Shown here: positions 1 through 9,315 of the stretch, piece after piece
How positions within the stretch are numbered: position 1 is the stretch's first letter
Layout of the letters: the number at the start of each line of letters is the position of its first letter
Source of the DNA: Betaproteobacteria bacterium
GTDB lineage: Bacteria; Bacillota; UBA5301; DYFA01
Assembly (NCBI GenBank): GCA_050260635.1
Contig: JBLNCL010000030.1
Location: 72,590-136,589 of the forward strand
Direction: 5' to 3'
DNA length: 64,000 bases
Position numbers and translations under genes: made by a program
Notes under the pieces: model-generated
The model's database searches: none
Told to the model about the DNA's origin: nothing
Seen by the model: the letters and a program-made list of their open reading frames with translations, nothing else

Positions 1-652
1 GGGGGGCGTCCGGCGGCATCAGGCGGTGGTAGGCCTCGGCCACCTTCACGGTGTCCCCGACAATCAGGAAGACGGCGTGGGGGACGGTTCCGCTCGGCTC
101 CTTGCCCAACAGCTTCGCCGCCAGAATGTTGCTCGCCCCGTCGCACCCGCCGATCACCGCCGCCCGCTCCATCACGGGGGCGACCGCCGGGTGAAGATGG
201 CGGGAGCCGAAGCAGATCATCGGCCTTGACCCGGCGGCCGCCCGGCACTCCGCCGCCGCCGTCGCCCAGCCGGAGGAGGAAGCCAGCAACCCGAGAATGA
301 TCGTCTCGGCCGTGGCAAAGGCGGCGTAGGGCCCCCTGATCCGCATGACCACCTCTTTCGGTTCGAACCGGGCCCCCTCAGGCAGCGCCTCCACCTCGAT
401 CGGAAGGTCCTGGAGGAAACTGACCGCCTCCTCCACCCCGCATAGGACCCCACTGGCCCGGGGAAAGATCTCCGCCGTGACCGGCGTTTGGTCCAGCCCC
501 AGAGAGCGCAGGATCTCCAGCGTGCGGATGAAGTAAACGTCGGTGGTCTCGCCGGCTAAGATCTCGGCGTGTTCGGCCGAAAAGAGTCGCCGCCCCTCCG
601 GGATCCGCAGGGATCGGACCTCCTCCAGCTTGTCCAGATGCTTTTCCGACAT
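1..652 (-). CDS. Nicotinate/quinolinate phosphoribosyltransferase-family protein (partial, runs off window start)
   Basis: Minus-strand translation from the ATG at ~652 gives MSEKHLDKLEEVRSLRIPEGRRLFSAEHAEILAGETTDVYFIRTLEIL...CFGSRHLHP...GGCDGAS...GTVPHA, typical of type II PRTase/NAPRTase-like proteins. An AAGGAGG RBS lies 6 nt upstream. It is not in the ORF track because it is truncated by the window edge. Confidence 0.5.
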   Translation of the reverse strand, partial: MSEKHLDKLEEVRSLRIPEGRRLFSAEHAEILAGETTDVYFIRTLEILRSLGLDQTPVTAEIFPRASGVLCGVEEAVSFLQDLPIEVEALPEGARFEPKEVVMRIRGPYAAFATAETIILGLLASSSGWATAAAECRAAAGSRPMICFGSRHLHPAVAPVMERAAVIGGCDGASNILAAKLLGKEPSGTVPHAVFLIVGDTVKVAEAYHRLMPPDAP

Positions 653-688
653 GGCGATCCTCCTTAGTGTGGCCCGCCGGCCTTTCTC

Positions 689-1267
689 CTAGGTCGTCGG
701 GAAGATCGGGTAAAGCCGCTCGTACCATTTCCAGGTGGCGAGCACCCGGCGGACGTATGCCCGGGTCTCCGGGAACGGGATTTGGTCAATCTCGTCGGGG
801 CGCCCGCTCCATGCCCCGGCGCCGAGCCATCCCCGAACCCTCCCCCACCCGCTGTTGTAAGCGGCGAGGGCCAGGATGACGTCGCCGTGGAAGTCGTCCA
901 GGAGCACCCGGAAGTACCAGGCACCGTAGTCGATGTTCACGCGGGGTTTCACCAACTCGGCCGGATCCGGGCGAGGCACGCCCCGCTGAGAGGCGATCCA
1001 GTTCGCCGTCTCCGGCATTAACTGCATCAGCCCGAGGGCCCCCTTAGGCGACCGGGCGTACGGGTTGAAGGCGCTCTCGACGCGCACCAAACCCGCCAGA
1101 AGGTGCGGGTCGAGACGGTAGGTGCGGGCAGCCTCCGCAATCAGCGAGGCGTGGCGGATCGGGAAGAAGAGCCGCAGGACCGGACGGCTGGTCGCCGCCG
1201 TCAGCAGCAGCACAGCCGCCACCAGGCTGGCAAACCAGGCTCCCCTTCTCCCAATTCGCCGCCTCAT
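689..1267 (-). CDS. Lytic transglycosylase (SLT domain) with N-terminal membrane anchor
   Basis: [25 protein letters not shown]...AYNSGWGRV motif block typical of SLT/family-1 lytic transglycosylases; N-terminal hydrophobic segment. Confidence 0.8.
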   Translation of the reverse strand: MRRRIGRRGAWFASLVAAVLLLTAATSRPVLRLFFPIRHASLIAEAARTYRLDPHLLAGLVRVESAFNPYARSPKGALGLMQLMPETANWIASQRGVPRPDPAELVKPRVNIDYGAWYFRVLLDDFHGDVILALAAYNSGWGRVRGWLGAGAWSGRPDEIDQIPFPETRAYVRRVLATWKWYERLYPIFPTT

Positions 1268-1659
1268 CGCTCCACCCCGTGGAGCCTCTCCTGCAGCAAG
1301 CCATGGATGATCAGCTCCGCCGTGGCCAGGTTGGTGGCGAGGGGCACGTTGTGGACGTCACAAACCCGCAGCAAGGCCGAGATATCCGGCTCGTGAGGTT
1401 GGGCGGTGAGCGGATCCCGCAGGAAGATGACCGCGTCGATCTCCCCGTCCGCCACCCGGGCGCCGATCTGCTGGTCCCCTCCGAAAGGGCCCGACTGCAT
1501 CCGGGCCACGGCCAGTCCCACCCGCTCGGCGACGAGCTTTCCCGTAGTCCCTGTGGCCAACAGGGTACACCCGGCCAAGAGGTCCCGGTGGGTCCGGGCG
1601 AACTCGATCAGTTCGTCCTTCTTCTGGTCATGGGCAATTAGGGCTATGCGCTTCTTCAC
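1264..1659 (-). CDS. mgsA: Methylglyoxal synthase
   Basis: [22 protein letters not shown]...[11 protein letters not shown]...[11 protein letters not shown]...[18 protein letters not shown] is the canonical MgsA signature; 131 aa. Confidence 0.9.
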   Translation of the reverse strand: MKKRIALIAHDQKKDELIEFARTHRDLLAGCTLLATGTTGKLVAERVGLAVARMQSGPFGGDQQIGARVADGEIDAVIFLRDPLTAQPHEPDISALLRVCDVHNVPLATNLATAELIIHGLLQERLHGVER

Positions 1660-2245
1660 GGCGAATCTCCTCCCACAAGTGCTCCACCTGGCGCTGCGTC
1701 TCTTCCCACCGCCCGGAGTTGTCGATCACGTAGTCGGCCCGGCCCACCTTCTCCCGAAGCGGCAGTTGGGCCGCGAGGCGCTGGCGAGCCTCGTTGAGGG
1801 TCAGGCCGTCCCGGGCCATGACCCGGCGCTGCCGGACCTCCTCCGGGGCGTCCACCACCACCACTTTGTCCACTTCGCCCTCGAACCCAGCCTCGAAGAG
1901 GAGCGGCACCTCCAGCACGACCACCGGCGCCCCGGCCCGTTCAAGGGACTCCGCCCGCTCCCGCAGAAGCCGTTTCACCTCGGGATGGACGATCCCCTCC
2001 AGGCGACGGCGAGCGGGCTCGTCGGCAAAGACCAGCCGGCCCAGCTTACGCCGGTCCAGCGACCCATCCGGACTCAGGAACTCGGGCCCGAAGGCCTCCA
2101 CCACCGCCCTCCAGCCAGGTGTCCCCGGCGCCACCACCTCCCGGGCCAGTTGGTCGGCGTCGACCACCGCCGCCCCCAACTCCTGAAGGGCCTGCGCCAC
2201 CCGGCTTTTCCCGCTTCCCAGCCCGCCCGTCAATCCCAGGCGCAT
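1628..2245 (-). CDS. coaE: Dephospho-CoA kinase
   Basis: N-terminal P-loop [14 protein letters not shown]; ~200 aa; position downstream of ytaF/mutM/polA as in Bacillus. Confidence 0.9.
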   Translation of the reverse strand: MRLGLTGGLGSGKSRVAQALQELGAAVVDADQLAREVVAPGTPGWRAVVEAFGPEFLSPDGSLDRRKLGRLVFADEPARRRLEGIVHPEVKRLLRERAESLERAGAPVVVLEVPLLFEAGFEGEVDKVVVVDAPEEVRQRRVMARDGLTLNEARQRLAAQLPLREKVGRADYVIDNSGRWEETQRQVEHLWEEIRREEAHSPNCP

Positions 2246-2287
2246 CGACCAACCTCCGCTTCTGCGCCTCCCGTCCTCCGACCTCCG

Positions 2288-2935
2288 TCACGGCCTGAGG
2301 CGCCACACCGCCAGGGCCATCAAGATCAGGCCGGGGCTCACCGAGAGCCAGGATCGGCCCCGCTCACCGGCCAGCCGCCGGCCGAGCCAGGTGCCGAACC
2401 ACAGCAGGGCGACATTGATCGGCGCCACGGCCGCCGCCACCTCCCAGGCGGAGAACCCGGCCAGCCCAGCCCCGAAACCCACCGCCCCGCTGTCGAGCGC
2501 CAGCGCCAGCCCGAGGATTACCGCCTCTGCCGGCGAGATAGACCCCGAGCGATCCAGGTCAGCCCGGTCCGGCTGGCGGGCCACCTCCACCACCAGTCCC
2601 AGGGTGCGCAGGTGAACCGACCAAAGCAGCCGGTGCGGCGGTTCCTCGTCAGTCTCCCGCCAGGCGTTCCCAATGCTCACCAGCCCCAGGGCAAACAAGA
2701 GCGCCGCGCCCAGCTCCCGGCTGAAGACAAGCCCGAGCCCCCGGCCAAGGAGGTGGCCGGCGAGCTGGCCAGCCCCGGTGGAGGCGAAGGCCGTCAACCC
2801 GGCCACCAGCCCGATCACCCCGAGGTCCCGCCAGTCCAGCCGGGTGCGGCGCAGCCCGTAGCCCATCCCGGCCCCCAGTCCGTCCAGACTCACCGCCAGC
2901 GCCAAACCGAACAACCCCACCAAACCTTGGGACAC
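2288..2935 (-). CDS. ytaF: Sporulation membrane protein YtaF-like (MntP-like fold)
   Basis: Polytopic membrane protein of ~215 aa located between mutM and coaE, the conserved Firmicutes position of ytaF. Confidence 0.65.
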   Translation of the reverse strand: MSQGLVGLFGLALAVSLDGLGAGMGYGLRRTRLDWRDLGVIGLVAGLTAFASTGAGQLAGHLLGRGLGLVFSRELGAALLFALGLVSIGNAWRETDEEPPHRLLWSVHLRTLGLVVEVARQPDRADLDRSGSISPAEAVILGLALALDSGAVGFGAGLAGFSAWEVAAAVAPINVALLWFGTWLGRRLAGERGRSWLSVSPGLILMALAVWRLRP

Positions 2936-2975
2936 GTCATCCGCTCCCCCGCCTGGTCATTCAGGTGGAGGCATG

Positions 2976-3830
2976 CTATTCGTGCCGCTTGGACCGAGTG
3001 CCAGTCTCCTTCTGACACCGGGGGCAGTAGAATGTCCCTCGTCCGGCGATCACCGTCCGCTGGATCGGCGTGGCGCAGCGCAGGCAAGGCCGGCCGGTTC
3101 GCCGGTAGACCCTGAGCCGCTCCTGGAAGGCGCCAGCCCGCCCATCCCCGTCGACGTAATCCCGGACGCTCGTTCCCCGATAGGCGATTCCCTCAGTGAT
3201 CACCTCACGGATGGCGTCGTGGAGGCGCCTGACCTCTGCCTTGGAGAGGCTCCCCGCCGGCCTTCCGGGAAAGATCCCGGCCCGGTGGAGCGCCTCATCT
3301 GCGTAGATGTTCCCCAGGCCGGCGATCTTGGCCTGGTCGAGCAGTCTCCCTTTAACCGGCCCCCTCCCCTTGTCCAGCACCGACGCCAGATAGGCCGGCG
3401 TGAACTCCACCGACAGCGGCTCGACCCCCAGCCTTCGGAGGGACTGAACCCGCTCCCACTCCGCCGCGCCAACCAGGTGAAGGACCCCGAACTTGCGCAC
3501 GTCCATGAAGTGGAGGGCCTTCCCGCGGTCCAGGTGGAAAAGAACCGTGGTATACGGGCTGACTTCGTCTCCTTCGTTCCGGTAGAGCAGGCGGCCGGTC
3601 ATCCTCAGGTGGACCACCAGGTGGCGGTCACCCGCCAGACGGATGATCAGGTGTTTCCCCCGCCGCTCCACATCCTCCACCCGGCGCCCCCGAATGGCCT
3701 CGGCAAAGGCCTCGGGGCTGGGATAGCGCACCGCCCGGGGCCAGAAGATCTCCACCCCCGTGATGGTATGGCCGACCAGCTTGGGCAGAAGGCTGCGGCG
3801 CACGGTTTCGACTTCCGGCAGTTCAGGCAC
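2976..3830 (-). CDS. mutM: Formamidopyrimidine-DNA glycosylase
   Basis: N-terminal MPELPEVETVRR (catalytic P2/E3); C-terminal zinc finger CPRCQ; 284 aa. Confidence 0.92.
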   Translation of the reverse strand: MPELPEVETVRRSLLPKLVGHTITGVEIFWPRAVRYPSPEAFAEAIRGRRVEDVERRGKHLIIRLAGDRHLVVHLRMTGRLLYRNEGDEVSPYTTVLFHLDRGKALHFMDVRKFGVLHLVGAAEWERVQSLRRLGVEPLSVEFTPAYLASVLDKGRGPVKGRLLDQAKIAGLGNIYADEALHRAGIFPGRPAGSLSKAEVRRLHDAIREVITEGIAYRGTSVRDYVDGDGRAGAFQERLRVYRRTGRPCLRCATPIQRTVIAGRGTFYCPRCQKETGTRSKRHE

Positions 3831-6654
3831 GCAGCACCTTTTCCCCTTCCCGCCAGTTTCGCCCAGCCTCTACCTCCACCAGGAGCGGCACGCTCAAGGG
3901 GAGCGCCTGTTCCATCGCTTCGCGGACCAGCGCCGCCACCGCCGGCAACTCCTCTTTCGGCCCCTCGAAAACCAGTTCGTCGTGGACCTGGAGGACCATC
4001 CTGGTCTTCAGCCCGCGGGCCGCCAACTCCCGCTCGCAGGCAATCATGGCCAGCTTGATGATGTCCGCCGCTGTGCCCTGGATGGGCGTGTTCATTGCCG
4101 TCCGCTCGGCAAAGCTGCGGAGGGCGTAGTTCCGGCTGTGGAGGTCGGGGAGGAAGCGCCGGCGCCCCAGGATGGTGGTGACAAACCCGCTCTGCCGGGC
4201 CTTCGCCACCACCTCGTCGAGATACGACTTGACCCGGGCGTAACGGGCAAAGTAGGCGTTGATGAACTCCTGCGCCTGCTCCCGGCTGATCTTCGTCCCC
4301 CGGGCCAGACCAAAACTCGAGATCCCGTAGATGATCCCGAAGTTGATCGCCTTGGCCCCGGAGCGCATCTCCGGCGTGACCTCCTCCGGCTTGATCCCGA
4401 ACATCTCGGCGGCGGTCCGCGTGTGGATGTCCTCGCCGGAGCGAAACGCCTCTCCCAGAACGGGGTCGCCGGAGAGGTGGGCCATCACCCGGAGTTCGAT
4501 CTGCGAGTAGTCGGCGGAGATGAGAAGGTGTCCCTCCTCCCCAGCCACGAAGGCCTCCCGAACCCTCCCCCCCTCCTCGGTCCGGACGGGGACGTTCTGC
4601 AGGTTGGGGTTAGTCGAGGAGAGGCGCCCCGTGGCGGTAACCGCTTGGTTGAAAGTAGTATGGACCCGCCCGGTGCGGGGGTTGATCAGGGCCGGGAGGG
4701 TGTCCACGTAGGTCGTCTTCAGCTTCACCAACTGCCGATGGTCGAGGAGATGCCGGGCGATGGGGTGGTCGAGGGCGAGCTCTTCCAAGACCTCGGCACT
4801 GGTCGAAAAACCGGTCTTGGTCCGTTTGCCAGCGGGTAGATGGAGCTTCTCGAAGAGGATCGCCGCCAACTGCCGAGGCGAGTTGAGGTTGAACTCCTCC
4901 CCCGCCTCCCGGTAGATGTCGGCCGTCAAAGCCTCAATCCGCCGATCCAGGTCGCGGGAGAGTTCCTCAAGACGGCTGGTGTCCACCGCCACGCCCCGCC
5001 GCTCCATCGCCGCCAGCACGGGCACCAAGGCCATCTCCACCTCCTCGAAGAGCCCGGTCAGGCCCGCCTCGCCCAGCCCGGCGGCGAGTTTGGGCCGGAG
5101 CGCCAACCAGGTCGAAGCCTGGTGGACTGCATACTCCGCCAAGGCCTGGCACTGGGCGGCGGTGCGTTCCCCTTTCGCCACCTTCGGCCGCTCCGGCAGA
5201 GCGAGCCCCAGGTGATTGAAGGCCACCTCTTCCGGGGAGTGGTTGCCCCTGGTCGGGTCCAGGAGGTAAGAGGCCAGCATCACGTCGAAGTCGGTGGGGC
5301 GCACAGCGTACAGGGGAGCGGCGTCCACCAAGGCGCCCTTCTTCCTCGCCCCGTCCGGGCGCTCCTCTCCGGCCGTCCCGAGCGCCAGAGAGATGGCCTT
5401 CAAGTCGTGGCCAACCCGGCGGGGACGCTCGCCGGCAAAAAGCGGCGCTAACCGCCGCACAGCCTCCCGGCGAACCAGGACACCCGGTCGGGGCTCGCCC
5501 TCGCCCAACCGCAAGAACCAGCCACGCTGCGATGAGACCAAGGCTAACCCCTGGAGAACCCTCTCCCAAGGGGCAGGACTTTCGATCACCGCTGCCAAGC
5601 CAAATTCATCCTGCTCCGCCAGTTCCTGGACGACCGCTTCCAGGTCCTCCAGCCGGTCGACCGAGGTCCATGCGGGTCCTGAAGAGGCAGCAGCCGGACG
5701 GGACAACTCGGCGGCGCTGAAGAGCGACCCCTGCCCCTGGCTGGGTGGTTGCACCGCGTCCCCGCCGGGCAGCTTCTTCAAGAGGTTGCGGAAGCCCAAG
5801 GCGGTGAAGAGCTCCCGGAGGCGCTCCAGATCGGGTTGGGGCGGGCCAAGCTCCGCCGGGTCCAGCGACAGCGGTGCGTCGCAGTCGATGGTGGCGAGTT
5901 TGCGGGACAGCCGCGCCTGATCGGCGTATGTCTGGAGCAGGTTCCCCGTTCGCCCGCCGATCTCGTCGGCGTGCGCCAGCACCTCCTCTACGCTCCCGTA
6001 CTGCTGGATCAAACGGAGGGCGCCCTTCTCCCCGATTCCCGGAACGCCCGGAATGTTGTCGGAGGCGTCACCCATCAGCCCCTTGAGATCGACGAACTGA
6101 GCCGGGGTGAGGCCGTACCGCTCCTCCACCCGGCGGGCATCGTAGAGCTCGGTCTCGGTGATCCCCTTTCGGGTCAGCATGACCAGGACGGACGGGGAGA
6201 CAAGCTGCAGGGCGTCCCGGTCGCCGGTCACGATGAGGGTCGTAAGCCCCGCCTCCGTCGCCCGGCGGGCCAGGGTGCCGATGAGGTCGTCGGCTTCGTA
6301 CCCCTCGCTGGCCACCACCGGGATACCAAAGGCGGCCAGCACCTCTTCACAGAGTGGACCCTGCGGCCGAAGGTCGTCAGGCATCGGCTTCCGGGTGGCC
6401 TTGTACTGATCGAAGGTTTGGTGGCGAAAGGTGGGAGCGGGCCGGTCGAAAGCCACCACCACCCGTTCCGGCCGTTCTTCCTCCAGCAGGCGGAGGACCA
6501 TCATCGTGAAGCCGTAGACTGCGTTAGTGACGACGCCTTGCGGCGAGGTCAGGTGAGGCAAAGCGTAGTAGGCCCGGTGGAGGAGAGAACTCCCATCCAG
6601 TACCGCAATCCCCGGCGGGGAGCGCCGTTCATCCTGGTTCGGCTGGCTGGCCAC
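3823..6654 (-). CDS. polA: DNA polymerase I. The likely start is the GTG at ~6654 after a GGAAAGGGAGG RBS; the track ORF extends to 6774.
   Basis: 5'-3' exonuclease N-terminus (AVLDGSSLLHRAYYAL); polymerase motifs A/B/C (DYSQIELR, KxxxFGxxYG, VHDE). The coding region to the GTG is ~2.8 kb (~940 aa; 983 aa by the track). Confidence 0.95.
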   Translation of the reverse strand: MASQPNQDERRSPPGIAVLDGSSLLHRAYYALPHLTSPQGVVTNAVYGFTMMVLRLLEEERPERVVVAFDRPAPTFRHQTFDQYKATRKPMPDDLRPQGPLCEEVLAAFGIPVVASEGYEADDLIGTLARRATEAGLTTLIVTGDRDALQLVSPSVLVMLTRKGITETELYDARRVEERYGLTPAQFVDLKGLMGDASDNIPGVPGIGEKGALRLIQQYGSVEEVLAHADEIGGRTGNLLQTYADQARLSRKLATIDCDAPLSLDPAELGPPQPDLERLRELFTALGFRNLLKKLPGGDAVQPPSQGQGSLFSAAELSRPAAASSGPAWTSVDRLEDLEAVVQELAEQDEFGLAAVIESPAPWERVLQGLALVSSQRGWFLRLGEGEPRPGVLVRREAVRRLAPLFAGERPRRVGHDLKAISLALGTAGEERPDGARKKGALVDAAPLYAVRPTDFDVMLASYLLDPTRGNHSPEEVAFNHLGLALPERPKVAKGERTAAQCQALAEYAVHQASTWLALRPKLAAGLGEAGLTGLFEEVEMALVPVLAAMERRGVAVDTSRLEELSRDLDRRIEALTADIYREAGEEFNLNSPRQLAAILFEKLHLPAGKRTKTGFSTSAEVLEELALDHPIARHLLDHRQLVKLKTTYVDTLPALINPRTGRVHTTFNQAVTATGRLSSTNPNLQNVPVRTEEGGRVREAFVAGEEGHLLISADYSQIELRVMAHLSGDPVLGEAFRSGEDIHTRTAAEMFGIKPEEVTPEMRSGAKAINFGIIYGISSFGLARGTKISREQAQEFINAYFARYARVKSYLDEVVAKARQSGFVTTILGRRRFLPDLHSRNYALRSFAERTAMNTPIQGTAADIIKLAMIACERELAARGLKTRMVLQVHDELVFEGPKEELPAVAALVREAMEQALPLSVPLLVEVEAGRNWREGEKVLRA

Positions 6655-6826
6655 CGCCTCGCCTCCCTTTCCTGAGGTACCCTGTATTATTTCACCCCGC
6701 CCGCTAAAAACCTCCTCCCAGCCCGCTCCTTCCCGCCCTCGCCTGCACTTGCTTGAAGGGAGCCTGGCGGGCACGGTGAATAGCAGAGATATGCAATCTT
6801 ATGTAAACCCGAAAGGATGTGTGGAC

Positions 6827-8020
6827 ATGCGCAAGGTCGCCCTTGCCTTTCTCGCCGCCTTGGTAGTGCTCCTTCTGGTCGGAGCTCTCGGGGCACCGGC
6901 GGTCCAGGCGGCGACGCTTTCAGACCTGACGGGCTCCTGGGCGAAGGCTGACATCCAACAACTGATCGACCGGGGGGTGGTCAACGGCTACCCTGACGGC
7001 ACCTTCCGCCCGAACCGGAGCATCACCCGAGCTGAGTTCGCGAAGCTTTTGAGCAAGGCCTTTCGCATCGACCCGGTTGATGGCGAGCCACCCTTCGCCG
7101 ACCTGAAGGGCCACTGGGCCCGCCGCTACATCACCGCCCTGGTGAACGCCAAGATCATCGAGGGTTACGAGGACGGCACCTTCCGCCCCAACCGGAACGT
7201 CAGCCGGGCCGAGGTCATGGCCATGGTCGCCCGGGCCCTGAAGGTGCTCGACAAGAGCGACCAGCTTCCTGCGGACTGGCCGCCTTCCTACGCCGACGTG
7301 ACGGCGAGCCACTGGGCTTTTCTCGCGGTCGAGCTGGGAACCCGATTGGGGCTGGTGCCGCAGTATATCAAGACCAAGTTCGAGCCGGAGACCAAGGCGA
7401 CCAGGGCTGACACTGCCCACGCCGTGCGGGTGGCGATGGACCTGGTCCCGGTGAAGGGGCAAGTGGCCGCGGTGGATCCAGTGAATAACTCCTTCACCGT
7501 CAAGCCCGAACTGGGCGAGCAGCGGATCTTTACCCTGCCCTTCGATGCCCTGCTCTTCCGGAACGGGACCCTCTCCGATCTGCAAAACTTCACGGCAGGC
7601 GATCAGGTGCTGGTGCTGACCGGGCAGGACGGGCAGCCGCGGCTCATCAAGGCGGTGGGCCTGGTGAGCAAAGCTGACCTCGCCAACCGGGTATCCGGCC
7701 TGACCAAGGGAGTCCTGACCCCGGACCAGATAGCAGCTCTGATGAGCGGTGACCGGGAGGCCGTGAGCGGCTCGATGAAGGCCTCCCTATACAATCAGCT
7801 CATCGGCTACGGCCTTTCTCCGGACGAGGTGGACGCCCTCCTCAACAAGGACTGGCAGGGCCTTTCGAGCCTCTCCCAGGAACGCGCCTCGGCTGTCCTA
7901 GCCCAACGCCTGAACCTGCCGGCGGAGGTCGTACAGGCCCTCCTCGCCAGAGACTGGAACCAGCTCCAACAAGCCCTGCAGATCGAGTTGACCTCGCAAC
8001 TGCTCGCCCGGCTCTTCTAG
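6827..8020 (+). CDS. S-layer homology (SLH) domain protein with signal peptide
   Basis: Signal peptide MRKVALAFLAALVVLLLVGALGAPAVQA, then three SLH repeats (FxDLxxHWAxxxIxxLVxxGIIxGYxDGTFRPNxxITRAE). I placed the start at the ATG at ~6827 (RBS AAAGGA); the track ORF begins at 6749. Confidence 0.8.
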   Translation: MRKVALAFLAALVVLLLVGALGAPAVQAATLSDLTGSWAKADIQQLIDRGVVNGYPDGTFRPNRSITRAEFAKLLSKAFRIDPVDGEPPFADLKGHWARRYITALVNAKIIEGYEDGTFRPNRNVSRAEVMAMVARALKVLDKSDQLPADWPPSYADVTASHWAFLAVELGTRLGLVPQYIKTKFEPETKATRADTAHAVRVAMDLVPVKGQVAAVDPVNNSFTVKPELGEQRIFTLPFDALLFRNGTLSDLQNFTAGDQVLVLTGQDGQPRLIKAVGLVSKADLANRVSGLTKGVLTPDQIAALMSGDREAVSGSMKASLYNQLIGYGLSPDEVDALLNKDWQGLSSLSQERASAVLAQRLNLPAEVVQALLARDWNQLQQALQIELTSQLLARLF

Positions 8021-9261
8021 CGGGCATCTTCAAACCATACGCCCTCGGGCGTCACGGTGACGTCCATGGCGAAGAGGCTTGCCGCCGCTTCCGGCCTCAG
8101 GCAAGCCTCTTCGCCTTGCCACAGAACGGGGAGCGCCCGGCCGCCCTCACCCACCGCGACTGAAAGACACCGGTCCAGGGCTACCGTCCGCCCCAAGGCC
8201 TCCGCCAGGGGCGCCACCGGAACCAGGACGTCCTCCCCCGCACAAAAGGCGCGGGCCACCGGTACCCCGTTCCAGAAAATCAACGGTGCGGTGAGGTATA
8301 TGGTCGCCGCCGCCGGGACGGCCCTTATGCGGTACCCTTTCCGCCTGGCCAGGTCGGCCACCGCAACCCAGCTCACCCCGTCGTGCTCCCGGACTGCCCC
8401 CTCCCAAGTCAGCAGGGGCTGACCCACAAGTTCGGCCGCCTCGCTGAGCGGGAGCCAGAGCCGTCCCTCCTCCCAGCGGACGCTTCGGGCGGGTCTGCCG
8501 GAAATCACCACCCTGGGCACCACCGGTAGCGGCTGGAGTATTCCGGTGGCCTGGCGTACCAACTGCTCCAGGCGTTCCCCGTCCAATTCTGCCGTGATCC
8601 CGGCCTCCGTGATCTTCTGTCGGGCCTGCTCGACGGTGGCCGGCCCTCGCCCATAGATGTCCGGATAGACGGCCAACCCGAAAGAGAAGAGAACCGACGC
8701 CTCTCCCTCCGCCGGCCCGGCGCCCCCCTCGTCGTTTGGCCAAGGCTCGACCTCTACGGTTTGGTACGTGAGTTCGACCGGAGTACCCACTTCGACCAAG
8801 GCGAACAGCTCCTCCACGTCCTCATTGCGCATCCGGATGCATCCCCCGGAAACCGCCTGGCCGATCGAGTCGGGGGCATTGGTCCCGTGGATGCCGAGAT
8901 TCGGTGCGTTCAGGCCGAGCCAGCGGGTTCCCACCGGATTCTGGGGTCCGGGCGGAACGGGAGGCCTGCGCCTGGGATACCAGGTCGGGTTGACCACCTT
9001 GACAGTAATGCGGTACCTGCCCAACGGCGAAGGAGTCTGTGGGCGGCCGACGGCCACCGGATAGCGGCGGACCAGTACCTCCCCCAGGCGGAGAGAAAGG
9101 GTCCGGGAAGGGATATTGACCACGATCCGATAAGTGGCGCCATGGTCGGCCGCGGCGCAGTCCGGCGAGAGTAGGGGGAGTAGAAGCGAAACCAGCAGGA
9201 TGCAAAGGAAGAGGGCCCCCACGATTCCGGCGGGTGGCCCCTCATGCGGGACACTCTGCAA
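8017..9261 (-). CDS. L,D-transpeptidase (YkuD domain) with C-terminal extension
   Basis: YkuD catalytic block LGIHGTNAPDSIGQAVSGGCIRMRNEDVEELF (His/Cys); N-terminal signal/anchor. The 3' end overlaps the convergent SLH gene by 4 nt. Confidence 0.75.
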   Translation of the reverse strand: MQSVPHEGPPAGIVGALFLCILLVSLLLPLLSPDCAAADHGATYRIVVNIPSRTLSLRLGEVLVRRYPVAVGRPQTPSPLGRYRITVKVVNPTWYPRRRPPVPPGPQNPVGTRWLGLNAPNLGIHGTNAPDSIGQAVSGGCIRMRNEDVEELFALVEVGTPVELTYQTVEVEPWPNDEGGAGPAEGEASVLFSFGLAVYPDIYGRGPATVEQARQKITEAGITAELDGERLEQLVRQATGILQPLPVVPRVVISGRPARSVRWEEGRLWLPLSEAAELVGQPLLTWEGAVREHDGVSWVAVADLARRKGYRIRAVPAAATIYLTAPLIFWNGVPVARAFCAGEDVLVPVAPLAEALGRTVALDRCLSVAVGEGGRALPVLWQGEEACLRPEAAASLFAMDVTVTPEGVWFEDAR

Positions 9262-9315
9262 CAGCGCCTCACCCTTAGCCCTTGATGGACCGTCCTCGGT
9301 CCTTCTTTGGCTACT

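Noticed and set aside
1406-3115. 569-aa ORF on the plus strand spanning mgsA, coaE and ytaF in antisense
   Set aside because: Low-complexity Pro/Arg/Gly-rich translation typical of antisense frames in ~70% GC DNA. It overlaps three well-supported minus-strand genes.
3760-6675. Several 200-360-aa plus-strand ORFs (3760-4839, 4840-5451, 5294-5920, 5749-6675) inside polA
   Set aside because: Antisense to a canonical polA with strong motif support; compositionally biased products; no RBS context.
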